Below, one piece after another: positions 1-11,186 of a stretch of DNA of 64,000 nt. A model generated the notes under the pieces. The model saw only the letters and a program-made list of their open reading frames with translations, made no database searches and was not told the DNA's origin. This DNA is from an uncultured Gemmatimonadaceae bacterium (GTDB taxonomy: Bacteria > Gemmatimonadota > Gemmatimonadetes > Gemmatimonadales > Gemmatimonadaceae). The number at the start of each line of letters is the position of its first letter. Positions within the stretch are counted from its first letter, which is position 1. The DNA lies in the NCBI GenBank assembly GCA_963751275.1, contig CAVVTZ010000002.1, positions 32,001-96,000 of the forward strand, read 5' to 3'. A program made the translations under genes and the position numbers.

Positions 1-1718
1 CGGCGCCGCTCCCCACCACCGTCATCTTGTCGTAGTCCTTCGTGGACAGGTCCTTGCTGATCGCCTGCCACTTCATCCCCCGCTCCGTGATCTTGAAGAT
101 CCGGTTGCCCGCCAGGTACAGCGTGCCCGGCGCGTGCACGCTCTGCACGATGGGCGACACCCAGTGGTAGCGGAACGCGTTGCTCCCTTCGCTCGGCTCG
201 GGCTGCAGGTCGCGCGTCTCGCCGTTGGTGAGGTTGATGCGGAAGATCGTGCCGCCCTGCGACTCGGCGTATACGATGTTCGGATCGGTCGCGTCGAAGG
301 CGCAGTAGGCGCCGTCGCCGCCGCTGAGATTGAAGCCGGAACCGTTCGTGATGCCGTCCTTCGACCAGACCGCGCTCGGCGTGATCCAGTTCTCATTGTC
401 CTGCAGGCCGCCGCAGATCCGGTATGGCGAACCCATGTCCACCTGCACGCGGTAGTACTCGCCCGCCGGCACGTTGCGCACGTGCTGCCACGACGCGGCG
501 CCGTCGAAGCTCTGGTAGATCCCGCCGTCGGTGCCGAGGATGATGTGTTTCGAATTCCGCGGATCGATGCTGAGCGCGTGGTTGTCCGCGTGCACGTTCT
601 TGAAGCGGTCCTCGCGCCAGGTCTTCCCGCCGTCCTCGCTCACGTGCACCATGAAACCGAGCACGTAGATGAGCTTGTCGTTCGCGGGATCGACGCGGAT
701 CTGCGAGAAGTAGAACGGGCGCGGATTGAGCGCGCGACATGCGCGTCCAATGTTCGCCCGCGTCGTCGGAACGGAACACGCCGCCCGACTTGCTGAGCGG
801 GCCGTCGATGTTCGTGGTGCCACCAAGGTCGGTCTGGACCTCGGCGTACACGATCTTCGGATCCTTGGCGTACACGGAGAGCGCGATGCGCTGCGTGCGC
901 GTGGCAGCCCCTCGGTGAGCTTCTTCCAGGTGGCGCCGCCGTCCGTGCTCTTGAAGATGCCGCCGACGTCGGCGCCATCGGTGTAGTTCGCGCCGGAGAC
1001 GAAGCTCCATGGCCGGCGCAGCCGCGCGTAGAGCGCGGCGTAGAGGATGTTCGGGTTCGACGGATCGATCGCGATGTCGCCGCCGCCGGCCTTCGTGTCG
1101 TTCGGCTTCGGCGCGCCCAGCACCTTCGTCCAGGTGGCGCCGCCGTCGGTGGTCTTGTAGATCCCCCGCTCGGCGCTCTCGGCCCAGAGGTTCCCGGTCA
1201 CCGCCGCCCACGCCGTCTTGGGGTCCGTGGGGTGCACGATGATCCGCGCGATGCTCTTGCTGTCCTTCAGTCCCGCGAACGCCCACGTGCCGCCGCCGTC
1301 GGTGGAGCGGTAGACGCCGGCGCCCCAGCCCGTGGAATTGCGGTCGTTCGCTTCGCCGGTGGCGACGTAGACGACGTTGGAATCGGAGAGCGAGAGCGCG
1401 ATGTCGCCGATCGAGGCGGCCGGCTCCTTGTCGAAGACGGGCGAGAAGGTCTGCCCGTTGTCGGTGGTGCGCACGACGCCGCCGGTCGCGAGCCCCGCGT
1501 AGTACGTGTACGGATCATGCGGATCGAAGGCGAGCGCGGAGACGCGGCCGCCCATGATGCCGGGGCCGATGCTGCGCGCCTTGAGGCCATTGCCAAAGAT
1601 CAACGAGTCCGGCATCGCGGCGGTTGCCGTGGTCGCGGCGGCGGGCTTCGCGGCCTTCGCCTGCGCATACGAGGGCCGCGGGAATGACGAGCAGCGCGAG
1701 AACGAGCTTTCGGATCAT
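1..1718 (-). CDS. VPS10/sortilin-like BNR-repeat beta-propeller protein (glycosyl-hydrolase-like), runs off the left edge; frameshifted
   Basis: Frames join to give a signal peptide (MIRKLVLALLVIPAA), then RSIGPGIMGGRVSALA and repeated Asp-box motifs (RTTDNGQTF, RSTDGGGTW, KTTDGGATW, KSTDGGATW, RSDDAGEHW, VSEDGGKTW), plus CGGLQDN and GGDG. Frame changes at about 1670, 900 and 735. Confidence 0.85.
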
Positions 1719-1744
1719 GGAAGGATCTCGGAGAGAGGAAGGGG

Positions 1745-3122
1745 CTACAGCAGCGTGCCGTGCAGGATGATCAGTGCCACGGAGAAATAAATGATGAGCC
1801 CCGTGACGTCCACCAGCGTGGCGACGAACGGGCGCCGACGCGCTCGCGGGATCGAAGCCCAGCTTGCGCAGGATGAACGGGAGCATCGAGCCGGTGAGCG
1901 AGCCGAAGGTGACGACGCCCACGAGTGCGGTGCCGACGGTGACGGCGACGAGCAGCCAGTGCTCGCCGTAGTCGTACCAGCCGAGGCGCTGCCAGAGCAC
2001 GATGCGGATGAAGCCGATGACGCCGAGGATCGAGCCGAGCGCGATGCCCGAGGGCAGTTCGCGCATCGCGACGCGCCACCAGTCCCGTAGCGTGAGCTCG
2101 CGCAGCGCCATCGCGCGAATGATCAGCGATGTGGCCTGCGAACCGGAGTTGCCGCCCGAACTGATGATCAGCGGGATGAACAGCGCGAGCACCACCGCCT
2201 TGCTGATCTCCCCTTCGAAATAGCCCATGGCGGTGGCGGTGAGCATCTCGCCCAGGAAGAGCGCGGACAGCCAGCCGGCGCGCTTCTTGATCATCGCGAT
2301 GAAGCCGACCTGCGTGTACGGCTCGTCGAGGGCCTCGACACCTCCGAGCTGTTGGATGTCTTTGGTCTGCTCGCGGATCATCGCGTCGATCACGTCGTCC
2401 ACGGTGACGATCCCGATCACATGGTTCGTGTCGTCCACCACCGGCACGGCGAGCAGGTTGTACTTGGAGATCAGCCGCGCGACATCCTCGCGCGGCATGT
2501 CGGCGTTCACGGTGAGCGGCACGCCGGTGCCGCCGATCTTCCGCACGGCGGCGCTCGGATCCGCGAGCACCAGGTCGCGCAGCGACACGACGTGCACGAG
2601 CCGCTGGTCCGCCGGGTCGAGGACATAGACGGCGTACACGGTCTCCTTGCCGCGCGCGACCTCGCGGATCCGCTCGAGCGCGCGCTGCGCGGTCCAGTCC
2701 GCCGGCACCGCCATGAACTCGGTGGTCATCAGTCCGCCCGCGACGTCCGACGGATACTTGAGCAGCCCCACCAGCGCATCGCGCGTGGGCGCGTTGAGCG
2801 TCGTGAGCAGCCGGTCGCGCTCCGCCGGCTCCAGCTCGCGGAAGAGATCGGCCTGCTGGTCCGCCGCCATCGCTTCGATCACCGGCGCGGCGCGCGCGGC
2901 ATCGAGCCCCTTGAAGAGCACCGCCCGGCTCTCGAGCTCCGGTTCGTCGAAGACGCGAACGATCAGGTCGAAGGGGAGCGCGCAGAGCACCGCGGCCGCG
3001 GCCGGCGCGTCGAGCTGATTCAGCGCGTCCGCGACGTCGGCGCTACGCATGGTGGAGAGCGTCTGCGCGAACTCGGCCGAGTCGCCCGCGAGCAGGTAGA
3101 GCAGTTCGGGAGGTGCGCTCAT
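1745..3122 (-). CDS. mgtE: Magnesium transporter MgtE; frameshift near 1830
   Basis: MgtE N-domain, CBS pair (AGGLMTTEF, KYNLLAVPVVD, GIVTVDDVID), ALFIPLIISSGGNSGSQAT and FDPASASAP; the C-terminus FVATLVDVTGLIIYF lies in a shifted frame and ends at TAG 1745-1747. Confidence 0.95.
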
Positions 3123-4357
3123 GTGGTCGCTCCGCGTGCGGGCCCGCGTTCGCCGCGCCATGCGGCGTAGGTCCAAATGATGCCGCCAATCAGGATCGCG
3201 ACGGGAATCAGCTGCGCTGCGACCGCAAGGTTCGTGCGGTCGCTCACTTTGCCTATGATCTCGGCGGCCGGCCCATCGCCGAATGTATGAATCGCGAATG
3301 TTGCGAGGGCCATCGCCGCGGCGCGCTGCATCGGAGGAACAACGCCGACGATGCGTGAGTTGATCGGGCCGGTGCTCATGAAGATCAATATTTCGGCCAC
3401 TAGCAGAGCGTACCAGTAGTTTTCGCCCGGGAGCGAGATGGCGAGCCAGACGAACGGAACCGCCAAGAGCGTCGCTGCGCCCGACACCCACAGATACGCC
3501 TCAGACCGCCAGCGCAGCAGTCGGTCGCCCAGCCAACCACCCAGGAGGGTGCCGCTGAAGCCCGCGATCACCGTGATGTAGCCGAGAAGATCACCCGCCT
3601 CCTTTACCGTCGCTTTGTGCTGACGATGGATGAAGCTCGCCATCCAGTTCGACATCCCGCCGACGGCAAAATTCTGGGCAATGAATCCGAGAATGATGAT
3701 GACCAACTGGCGATTCTTGAGCAGGACCAGATACGTGTCGAACCCCTGAGCAGCGCGCTCGTCACGGCGGGATGGTTCGGGCAAGAACAGAGCGAGAATC
3801 GCCAGTATGAGGCCCGGCGGACCGACGAGCAGGAAGGCGGTATGCCAGGTATACAGCTGCGCGATCAGGCCGCCCAATTTGAACGCGAGGGCCGCACCGA
3901 CCGGCATCGCCGCAAAGAAGATCGCGAACGCCCGCCCGCGAATCGCCTCCGGGAAATACGCGGCGATCAACGCCGGTCCCAGTGTTCCATAAGCGGCTTC
4001 GCCGATCCCGACGACGGCGCGTGACGCGATCAGAGACTCGTAGCTCATAGCGAGTCCACTCGCCACGGTGGCGATGCTCCACACGCCGACACCGAACGCG
4101 ATGAGCCTCGTGACCTTCGCGCGGTCGCCGATCGCGCCATAGATGGGCGTCGCCACCGTATATACGATCAGGAAGGCCGGAAAGAGCCAGCCGATCTGCG
4201 AATCGCTCAGCGAGAAGTCGGCCTTGATCTTCTCCTGCACGGCCGGGACCATGAAGCGGTCCATGTAATTGAACAGATTGATCAGCGTGAGCACGGCAAG
4301 CGCGATCCACGCGCTGCGCGGCGCCTTCGCTCCGGCCGCCTCCGCCGCCATCGTCAC
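3119..4357 (-). CDS. MFS transporter, spinster-like
   Basis: About 12 hydrophobic segments, with INLFNYMDR, GAIGDR and SRAVVGIGEA motifs. Confidence 0.9.
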   Translation of the reverse strand: MTMAAEAAGAKAPRSAWIALAVLTLINLFNYMDRFMVPAVQEKIKADFSLSDSQIGWLFPAFLIVYTVATPIYGAIGDRAKVTRLIAFGVGVWSIATVASGLAMSYESLIASRAVVGIGEAAYGTLGPALIAAYFPEAIRGRAFAIFFAAMPVGAALAFKLGGLIAQLYTWHTAFLLVGPPGLILAILALFLPEPSRRDERAAQGFDTYLVLLKNRQLVIIILGFIAQNFAVGGMSNWMASFIHRQHKATVKEAGDLLGYITVIAGFSGTLLGGWLGDRLLRWRSEAYLWVSGAATLLAVPFVWLAISLPGENYWYALLVAEILIFMSTGPINSRIVGVVPPMQRAAAMALATFAIHTFGDGPAAEIIGKVSDRTNLAVAAQLIPVAILIGGIIWTYAAWRGERGPARGATT

Positions 4358-4363
4358 GCCGGC

Positions 4364-5485
4364 CTACTGCCCGTCCAGTGCGCGCTGCACCTCGCGATCG
4401 AACTGCACCGCCAGTCCCTCGCGCGGCGCATACGGGCTCGGGCCGTACACCTTGCTCGCGACGCCGAGCTGGCTCAGCTCGGAGACGTGCCAGTCCTGGC
4501 GGTTCACCTCGTCCCAGAATTTCACCGCGTCATCCGGATCGTACCGGCCGCTCGACAACGTGTCCGGATGGAAATGCCATTCGCACACGAGCTTCGTGCG
4601 CGTGGGCGAGACCGGCCATAGCGTGTGGAACAGTCCGTACTCGGGCAGCAGGCTGAATAGCAGGTTCGGGAAGATCGAGTAGTACCACGCCTGCTGCTTC
4701 GCGCCCGGCGGCGTGTCGGTGAGCGGCACACCGCACATGTTGCCGCTCACGGTGAGACTGCCGCCCGGCTTCGTGATCTCCATGAAACCGCCGAGGAACG
4801 GCCCGTCGAACAGATCGTTCTCGCCGCTGGTGGGGGGCGTGAGCTTCACGAGCTGCGGATGCACGCCGGTGCAGTGATAGCACTCGGAATAATTCTGGTG
4901 GATGAGCTTCCAGTTCGCCGCGATGTCATATTCGATCCGGCGGTGCAGCTTCAGCTCCGGCAGGCCGAATCGCGCGAAGCGGCCGAACATTGGCGCGAAC
5001 GCCTCGGCGAACGGCTCCGGCGTCTTCGCGAGATTGATGAAGACGAATCCCTCCCACTCGGCAACGGCCGCGGCGTGCAGCGGATAGTCCTTCTTGTCGA
5101 AATCCTCCAGTCCGCCCATGTGCGGCGCCGAACGGCACTGGCCATCGAGCGTGTAGCTCCATGCGTGGTACGGGCAGGTGATCGCGCCGCCGAAGTTCCC
5201 GCGCGCCTCTTCGCACATCCGCGTGCCGCGATGACGGCACACGTTGTAGAACGCGCGCAGCGCGCCGGACTCATCGCGCGTGACGATGATGCTCTCGGCG
5301 CCCACCTCGCGCGTGAGGAAATCGCCGGGCATCGCGAGCTCGGCCACGCGGCCGGCGCAGATCCAGCGGCGCTGGAAGATCGCGTCCATCTCGCGCGCGA
5401 AGATGTCGGGCGACGTGTAATTGCGCCCCGGCATCGTCCGCGCGCCGTGGGTGCCGAGCTCGTTCGCTTTGAGGAACGTGGCCAT
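4364..5485 (-). CDS. Rieske [2Fe-2S] oxygenase alpha subunit (choline monooxygenase/GbcA-like)
   Basis: Rieske motifs CRHRG...CPYHAW and mononuclear Fe site ANWKL..NYSECYHC..VH...QD. Confidence 0.92.
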   Translation of the reverse strand: MATFLKANELGTHGARTMPGRNYTSPDIFAREMDAIFQRRWICAGRVAELAMPGDFLTREVGAESIIVTRDESGALRAFYNVCRHRGTRMCEEARGNFGGAITCPYHAWSYTLDGQCRSAPHMGGLEDFDKKDYPLHAAAVAEWEGFVFINLAKTPEPFAEAFAPMFGRFARFGLPELKLHRRIEYDIAANWKLIHQNYSECYHCTGVHPQLVKLTPPTSGENDLFDGPFLGGFMEITKPGGSLTVSGNMCGVPLTDTPPGAKQQAWYYSIFPNLLFSLLPEYGLFHTLWPVSPTRTKLVCEWHFHPDTLSSGRYDPDDAVKFWDEVNRQDWHVSELSQLGVASKVYGPSPYAPREGLAVQFDREVQRALDGQ

Positions 5486-5577
5486 GCTGATCTCCGGGAG
5501 GTATCCGTGCCCGCCCTAATCTGAACTGCGGATGGCGGTTGGGAAAGCCGGACAGATATGGATCGGGTGACGCCGGA

Positions 5578-5697
5578 GCAGTCATCCGGCAGTTGTCCTG
5601 ACAATCCCGATAATCCTGTCAAAGTAGTTTGTGGTAGTTAGCACGAACTGCTTTGACAGGATTATCGGGATTATCAGGACAATTACAGGATGACTGC
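5578..5697. repeat. Family A intergenic palindrome (inside-out form)
   Basis: GCAGTCATCC...ATCCTGTCAAAGTAGTT, spacer, then AACTGCTTTGACAGGAT...GGATGACTGC. Confidence 0.9.
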
Positions 5698-5767
5698 CGC
5701 GACGGTGGAGAGCACAGCGGATGAGAGAGATCCGATCTTCTTGGGAACGGCAACTGCTTCCTTCCCG

Positions 5768-7841
5768 TCAGTGATTGATCCCTACGGTGAGGCCGGCGTA
5801 GTAGATCCGCTGCGGGGCGGGTTCGTAGTATTGGCCGCCGGTCGCGTTCACGGCGACTGAACCGACGTAGCGAGTGCCGAACACGTTGCTGACGCCGAGC
5901 ACCGGCTGCAGCCAGGGGCGGCCGAAGAGGGCGGTGCCGCCGGCGCGGAGATTCATCACCACATAGCCGGGCGCGGATGCGGTGTTCGCATCGTTCGCCC
6001 ACACGGAACTCTTGGCGACGACTTCGGCCGTGCCGAAGAGCGTGCGCCAATGGTACGTCCCCTGCACCTGCACCACGTTCTCCGGCACGCCCGGCACGGT
6101 GTTGCCGTTGTAGCGATTCGTGTCCACGATGAATTCCACGAACTGGAATCGCGAAAGGCTGTACGCGAATCCCAGCTCCACAGGGCCGAGATCCGTGTTG
6201 ACGCCGAACTCGACGCCCACGCGGCGCGTCTGGCCGGCGTTGCGGTAATAGACGCGGCCGCCGCCGCCGGTGACCTGGTACGGGATGAGCTCCTGCTGCA
6301 CCTCGGTGTCGAAGAGCGCGAGATCATACGACCAGCGCGCGTCGAGGATGCCCTTCGCACCGATCTCGAAATTCCACGAGCGCTGGGGCTTGAGGTCGGG
6401 ATTGATGCCGGCGCTCCCATCGGGATGGTTCGCGAGCTCCGTCGTGGTGGGGGTCTCGAAGCCGGCGGCGATGTTCGCGTAGAGCGAATGCAGCGGCGTG
6501 AGCCGGTCGACGAACCCGAACATCGGACTGACGGCGCTCATCGTCGTGTGGCCGGAATTGTCCCCGTCGGAGAGGAACTGGTCCTCGACCGTGAACTTGG
6601 TCCAGTCGCCGCGCACGCCGAGCGTGAAGGTGTAACCGGGCGCGACCTCGAGTTCATCGCGCACGTACGGCCCGGCGGTGGACACGATCTCCGTCTGGTC
6701 GAGCGTGAGCGTGCCCTTGGTCTCCGGCAACACCGGACACGCGGCGGTGGGAGCGGTCACGCCGTTGCAGTTGTTCCAGTTCTGCCGGTCATCGTTCTGC
6801 AGCGACGCATCGATGCCCGCGGTGAAGCGGTTGAGCATCGAGCCAATATGCCCGGGCCACAGGCCGCGGAACGAGCCGCCGTACGAATAGCGGTCCACGT
6901 TCACCACCGCGTACGTGAGCGGATTGTACAGATCGCGCGTGCCGCCGTAGAGCTGCGCGGAGATCACGCCATCCCCATCGAGGGCGCGCTGCGCCGAGAC
7001 GCCGGCCTGGATCTGGTGCACGGTCTTGGACGCGTCCTTGAGCACGGACCGCGGATCCGCCATGCGCGGATTGGAATCGAGCTCCGCCTTCGTGAGCGCG
7101 CCGGGATTGAGCGCGCTGGGCATGTCGAGCCCCATGAGCTGCACGCCGAGATCCCATTTGCCTGACGCCAGCGTGGCGTGCCCATAGCCGTTCGTGAGTT
7201 GCACGCTGGAGTGCTCGCGATAGCCGTCGCTGCTCGTGTAGCCGTAATTCGCTTCGTAGCCGCCGGCATCGTAGCTGCCGCCGACCACGCCGGCGATGCG
7301 CTCGGAATTGTAGCCGGCGAACGACGTGCGCAGCTGGCCGGCGACCGGATCCACCGGCGGCGGCGCCGATCGGAAATCGATCACGCCGCCGGACGCGTTC
7401 CCATAGAGCGAAGCTGGCGGCCCCGCGCATCGCTTCGACGCGCCCGATGTCCTCGAGGTCGAGATAGTCGATGGGCGTCTGCCCGTCGGGCAGCGTGAGG
7501 GGCATCCCGTCGCGAAGGATGCGAATACCGCGCACGCCGAACGACGACCGCGCGCCCACGCCGCGGATCGAGATGCGCGGATCCTGCGACGGGTTCGTGC
7601 GGTCCGAGACGACGACGCCATTGAGCGCGAGCGCGGTCTCGCTGAGCTGCACATGCCGCTGGCCGGGACGCTGACTGTCGGGCTGCTGCGTGCTCACTGC
7701 GTACGGCAACTCGAGGGACGACCGTCCTTCGTCGCGTCCCACTGTCACTATCGGTGCGAGCTTATGCACCCCGCTCGAGTCTTGTGCCCCTGCGAGTGCG
7801 GGGACGACGAGCGCGGCGATCATCGCGAAGGCACGAACCAT
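5768..7841 (-). CDS. TonB-dependent receptor; frameshift near 7420
   Basis: Signal peptide; plug motifs ISIRGVG, DGMPLTLPDGQ and EAMRG/PASSLYGNASGGVI; barrel motifs LKPQRSWNFEIG and PQRIYYAGLT. Split over ORFs 6789..7841 and 5768..7654. Confidence 0.92.
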
Positions 7842-7899
7842 GGGGGGCGAATCTACTGCAACGGCGCGGGGCGCGGGGCTCGGGATGCGCCCCGCGCCG

Positions 7900-10042
7900 T
7901 TAGTTCGTCCTCGATCCCCGCACCACCGTGAGCGAGTACGGCGCCACGATGAGCGCTGCCTTCGCGCGGAGCGTGCCGCGCGCCGGAGGCAGATCGATCG
8001 TCGGCGCGCCGTTCTCGCCGTTCGGGCGCCACACGTACTGCGCCCTCGAGAATCTCACGATGGTCCGCGCGCCGTCGAGCGCGCCGCCATAGCGGCTGCC
8101 GAATTGCAGCGAGACGCGGTAAGAGTGCAGCGGATCCTTGTTCACCAGCAGCGCGCTCCAGCTCCCGTCCGGCCGCCGCACGACGTACGCACTAAGCAGC
8201 TCATTACCAACCGAATCTCGCGCGTCACTCTCCGCGCGGAACATTCTCGTGCGCCCCGCCCGACTCGGCCACCCAGTCGCGCATCAGCATTCGCGCGCCG
8301 TGGTAGGTGGCCGTCTGGAAGCGGATCGTCCGGTCCGCGCCGGCGAGGAAGAGCATGTTGTTCCCCCACGAGTCGCAGTGCGGCGCCCGCTCGAGCCAGC
8401 TGGGCTCCCATCCGTACAAGTAGGCGGCCCGCCCGCCCAGCGAGAGGAATCGACCCACAATGTCCGCATTCAACAGCGCGCCTTCGATGTCCACCTGCGC
8501 GCGCCCCGCGAACGCCGAGTAGCCATATTCCGCGATCACGCGCGGGATCCCCGGAGGCATGCCATCCCGCTCCACCTGCGCGAGCCGGTCGGTGAGCCGC
8601 GCCGACGCCGCGGCGAGCTGCGGCGCGTACGGTCCGCAGATGTCGTCGTACGGATACCACTCGAAGGAGAAGAACGTGAGATCGCCGGGGCGCCCGCGCG
8701 CGCGCAACGTGCGCATGAAGCGCGGGATCCACGGATCGCCCGCGCTGTCGTTCGGCCACGCGAACATCACGCGGCTCTCGAGTCCCTGGAAGCCGGGGCC
8801 GCCCAGCGGCGCGTCGGGCCATACGGCGCGCAGCGCGCGCGCGATCTGGGTGTACAGCTCGCCGTAATCCTCGGGCGCGACGTATTGGCCGTCCGGCTCC
8901 TCACCCATCTCTACACGGCCCACCGCGTAGCCGCGCTGGCGAAGGAAGCGCAACTCGGCGGCGGCGTTCTCCGGCGTGCCATAGAGCACGGGCACGGGGA
9001 CCATCGCCGGGCGGCCGCCGGTGAGGCCGCTCGTGAAGATCCGGTCGAAGCCCGGCTGCTCGAGCTCGAGATCGATGTCCTCGGCGCGGTGCCACGGATC
9101 CGTGGTCGACGCATAGGTGATGGATTGTTTCTCGAGCGCGGCGCCGTGGCGCACTACGTCGCGCAGCGAGACACCATGCATCGTGCCGACCTCGACCTCG
9201 CGGATCGCATAGCCCGCGGAATCGCGCGGGTCCTCGGCGAAGCGCGGCGCACTCGGCGCGCTGCGCGTCATCACGATGCGCACGAAGCGCGTGATCACGC
9301 TGTCCTGCTCCAGGCGCCGTAGCTCGATTCCGCCGTGTCCCTCGCGCTCGTCGCCGGACGTGAAGGTGACCCAGCGTCCCGGCGGATTCTCGTCCACATC
9401 GTTCACGATCACGCCGCGCCAATACTGCACGCGGAACGCCGCGGCGTACGGCACGCCCCAGTGGACGCGGATGGCGTTCACCGCCTGCGCGCGGCCGAGG
9501 TCGATGATCACCCACTGCGGGTAGGTGGAATCCGGCAGACCGGTGAAGCGGTGATCGAGATACGGATTGCTCTTCCAGAACGTGGAGGTATCGCCGTCAT
9601 CGAGGCGGGAGTAGCCGGTGTTGTCGGCTTGATCGATCGAATTCCCGCGGCGCGGGAGGCGATAGCCATGCGCGAGCAGGATCGGCGCGGCGGAGGAATC
9701 GTCGGAGGTCCAATAGCCGCGATGATGTGCGCTGTCGCTCCAGCGCCCGCGCGAATTCCAGTGCCACGCCTCGATGCCGAGCTCGGTGCGCAAGCGCAGG
9801 GTGGCGAGCGAGAAGCCGACATTCGACATCGCGCGGATGCTCGCGGCGGTATAGATCTGCTTGATCGCGCCTTTCGCGTGGCCATCGAGTCCTGCGCCGA
9901 AGGTCTCGCGGGGGTCGAAGGTATTCACCGCGGGGCGGTCGGTGTGGATGGTGATGGTCGCGTCGCGGGGTTTTTCCTGGGCGACGGCGGATCGAGCACA
10001 GAAGATCGCGATGGTGAGGGCGGCGAGGGCGGGGCGAGTCAT
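7900..10042 (-). CDS. Exported discoidin (F5/8 type C) domain protein with probable clan GH-A glycoside hydrolase; frameshift near 8240
   Basis: Signal peptide; discoidin motifs LDDGDTSTFWKS and WVIIDLG; EMGEEPD and VIAEYG resemble the GH-A acid/base and nucleophile. The C-terminal beta-sandwich (LLVNKD...APYSLTVV) is in ORF 7900..8244. Confidence 0.75.
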
Positions 10043-10104
10043 CGAGGGAAAGGAACACTGTTGCTGCGATGGACGGCAAGAGGTGCGGCAATGGAGAACG
10101 GCAT

Positions 10105-10342
10105 CACCAGGATCGGAAGGTTGCAGTCAGCAGCAAACAGTCACGAGTGACTGCCAGTCTACAGTCAACAGTCAACAGCTCACAGAAAACGGTTCGATTC
10201 GAGACTTGGCCTCTCGATGCGGATTCACGCTCGCGGTACTGACTCTTTCGTGATCCGATTTCTGTGAGCTGTTGACTGTTGACTGTAGACTGGCGGTCAC
10301 TCGTGACTGTTTGCTGTTTACTGCAACTTTCCCGCCCTGGTG
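10105..10342. repeat. Family B inverted repeat with 7-nt ACAGTCA subrepeats
   Basis: Left arm GTTGCAGTCAGCAGCAAACAGTCACGAGTGACTGCCAGTCTACAGTCAACAGTCAACAGCTCACAGAAA is mirrored at about 10259-10329. Confidence 0.9.
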
Positions 10343-10391
10343 AGATGTCGCCGTTCACCTGTACGCGCGTGATGATCCCGACTACCGTTCG

Positions 10392-11186
10392 ATGATGCTT
10401 CTCCGCGCCACGATCCTCCTCTCCCTCCTCGCCCCCACCGCCGCCGCGCAGACGGCGTATTACAATCTCGACACCGGCCGCCCCCTTCGCGTCCAAGATG
10501 CCTACGCGATCGAACGCTACGGCTGGGATCTCCAGCTCGGCCCCGCCGTCTCCGGCCCATCCGGCAGCGCCTCGACCTGGGCGCTCGAGACGGCGCTCGC
10601 GTATGGCGCGTTCCCGCGCACGCAGTTCGAGCTCGCGGCTCCGCTCGCATCCGCGCCCGCCGCGGGCGGCGGACACTCGACGGGGATCGATGGACTCGAT
10701 GTCGGCGCGCTCTACGATCTGAATACCGAGACCTCCGCCCTGCCCGCCTTCGCGGCCGCGGCGCATGTCACCTTGCCCGTCGGTTCGCTCGGGCCGCCGA
10801 GCACGCTGCTGTCCCTTGAAGGCATTGCGACGCGCAGCTTCACCGGATTCCGCATCCATCTCGATGCGTCCGCGACGATCGGACCCACCGGCGGCGGCAC
10901 CGGCGCCCTCGAGCGGTCGCGATGGTTCGCCGGCGCCGCGATCGATCATGCGTGGCCGCTGAGCTCCGTGCTCGCGGCCGTCGAGATCGTCGCGCTCCAA
11001 CCGCTCGCCGACACGAGCGCCATTGCATGGAGCGCCGGCACCGGCGCGCGCGTGCAATGGACGCCCACCCTCGTGCTCGACGGCGGCGTGAGCCGCCGCT
11101 TCAGCGGTGCGAACCAGGCGTGGAGCGCCACGCTCGGCATCACGTGGAGCTTCGCCGTACGGAGCTTCATGCCCGTGCCACCATGA
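10392..11186 (+). CDS. Hypothetical exported protein, probable outer-membrane beta-barrel
   Basis: Signal peptide, alternating amphipathic strands and a terminal strand WSATLGITWSF. Confidence 0.7.
   Translation: MMLLRATILLSLLAPTAAAQTAYYNLDTGRPLRVQDAYAIERYGWDLQLGPAVSGPSGSASTWALETALAYGAFPRTQFELAAPLASAPAAGGGHSTGIDGLDVGALYDLNTETSALPAFAAAAHVTLPVGSLGPPSTLLSLEGIATRSFTGFRIHLDASATIGPTGGGTGALERSRWFAGAAIDHAWPLSSVLAAVEIVALQPLADTSAIAWSAGTGARVQWTPTLVLDGGVSRRFSGANQAWSATLGITWSFAVRSFMPVPP

Noticed and set aside
1515..3491. MgtE fused to extra N- and C-terminal sequence (658 aa)
   Set aside because: The N-extension overlaps the MFS gene; the C-extension results from a frameshift near 1830 that runs into the next gene's signal peptide.
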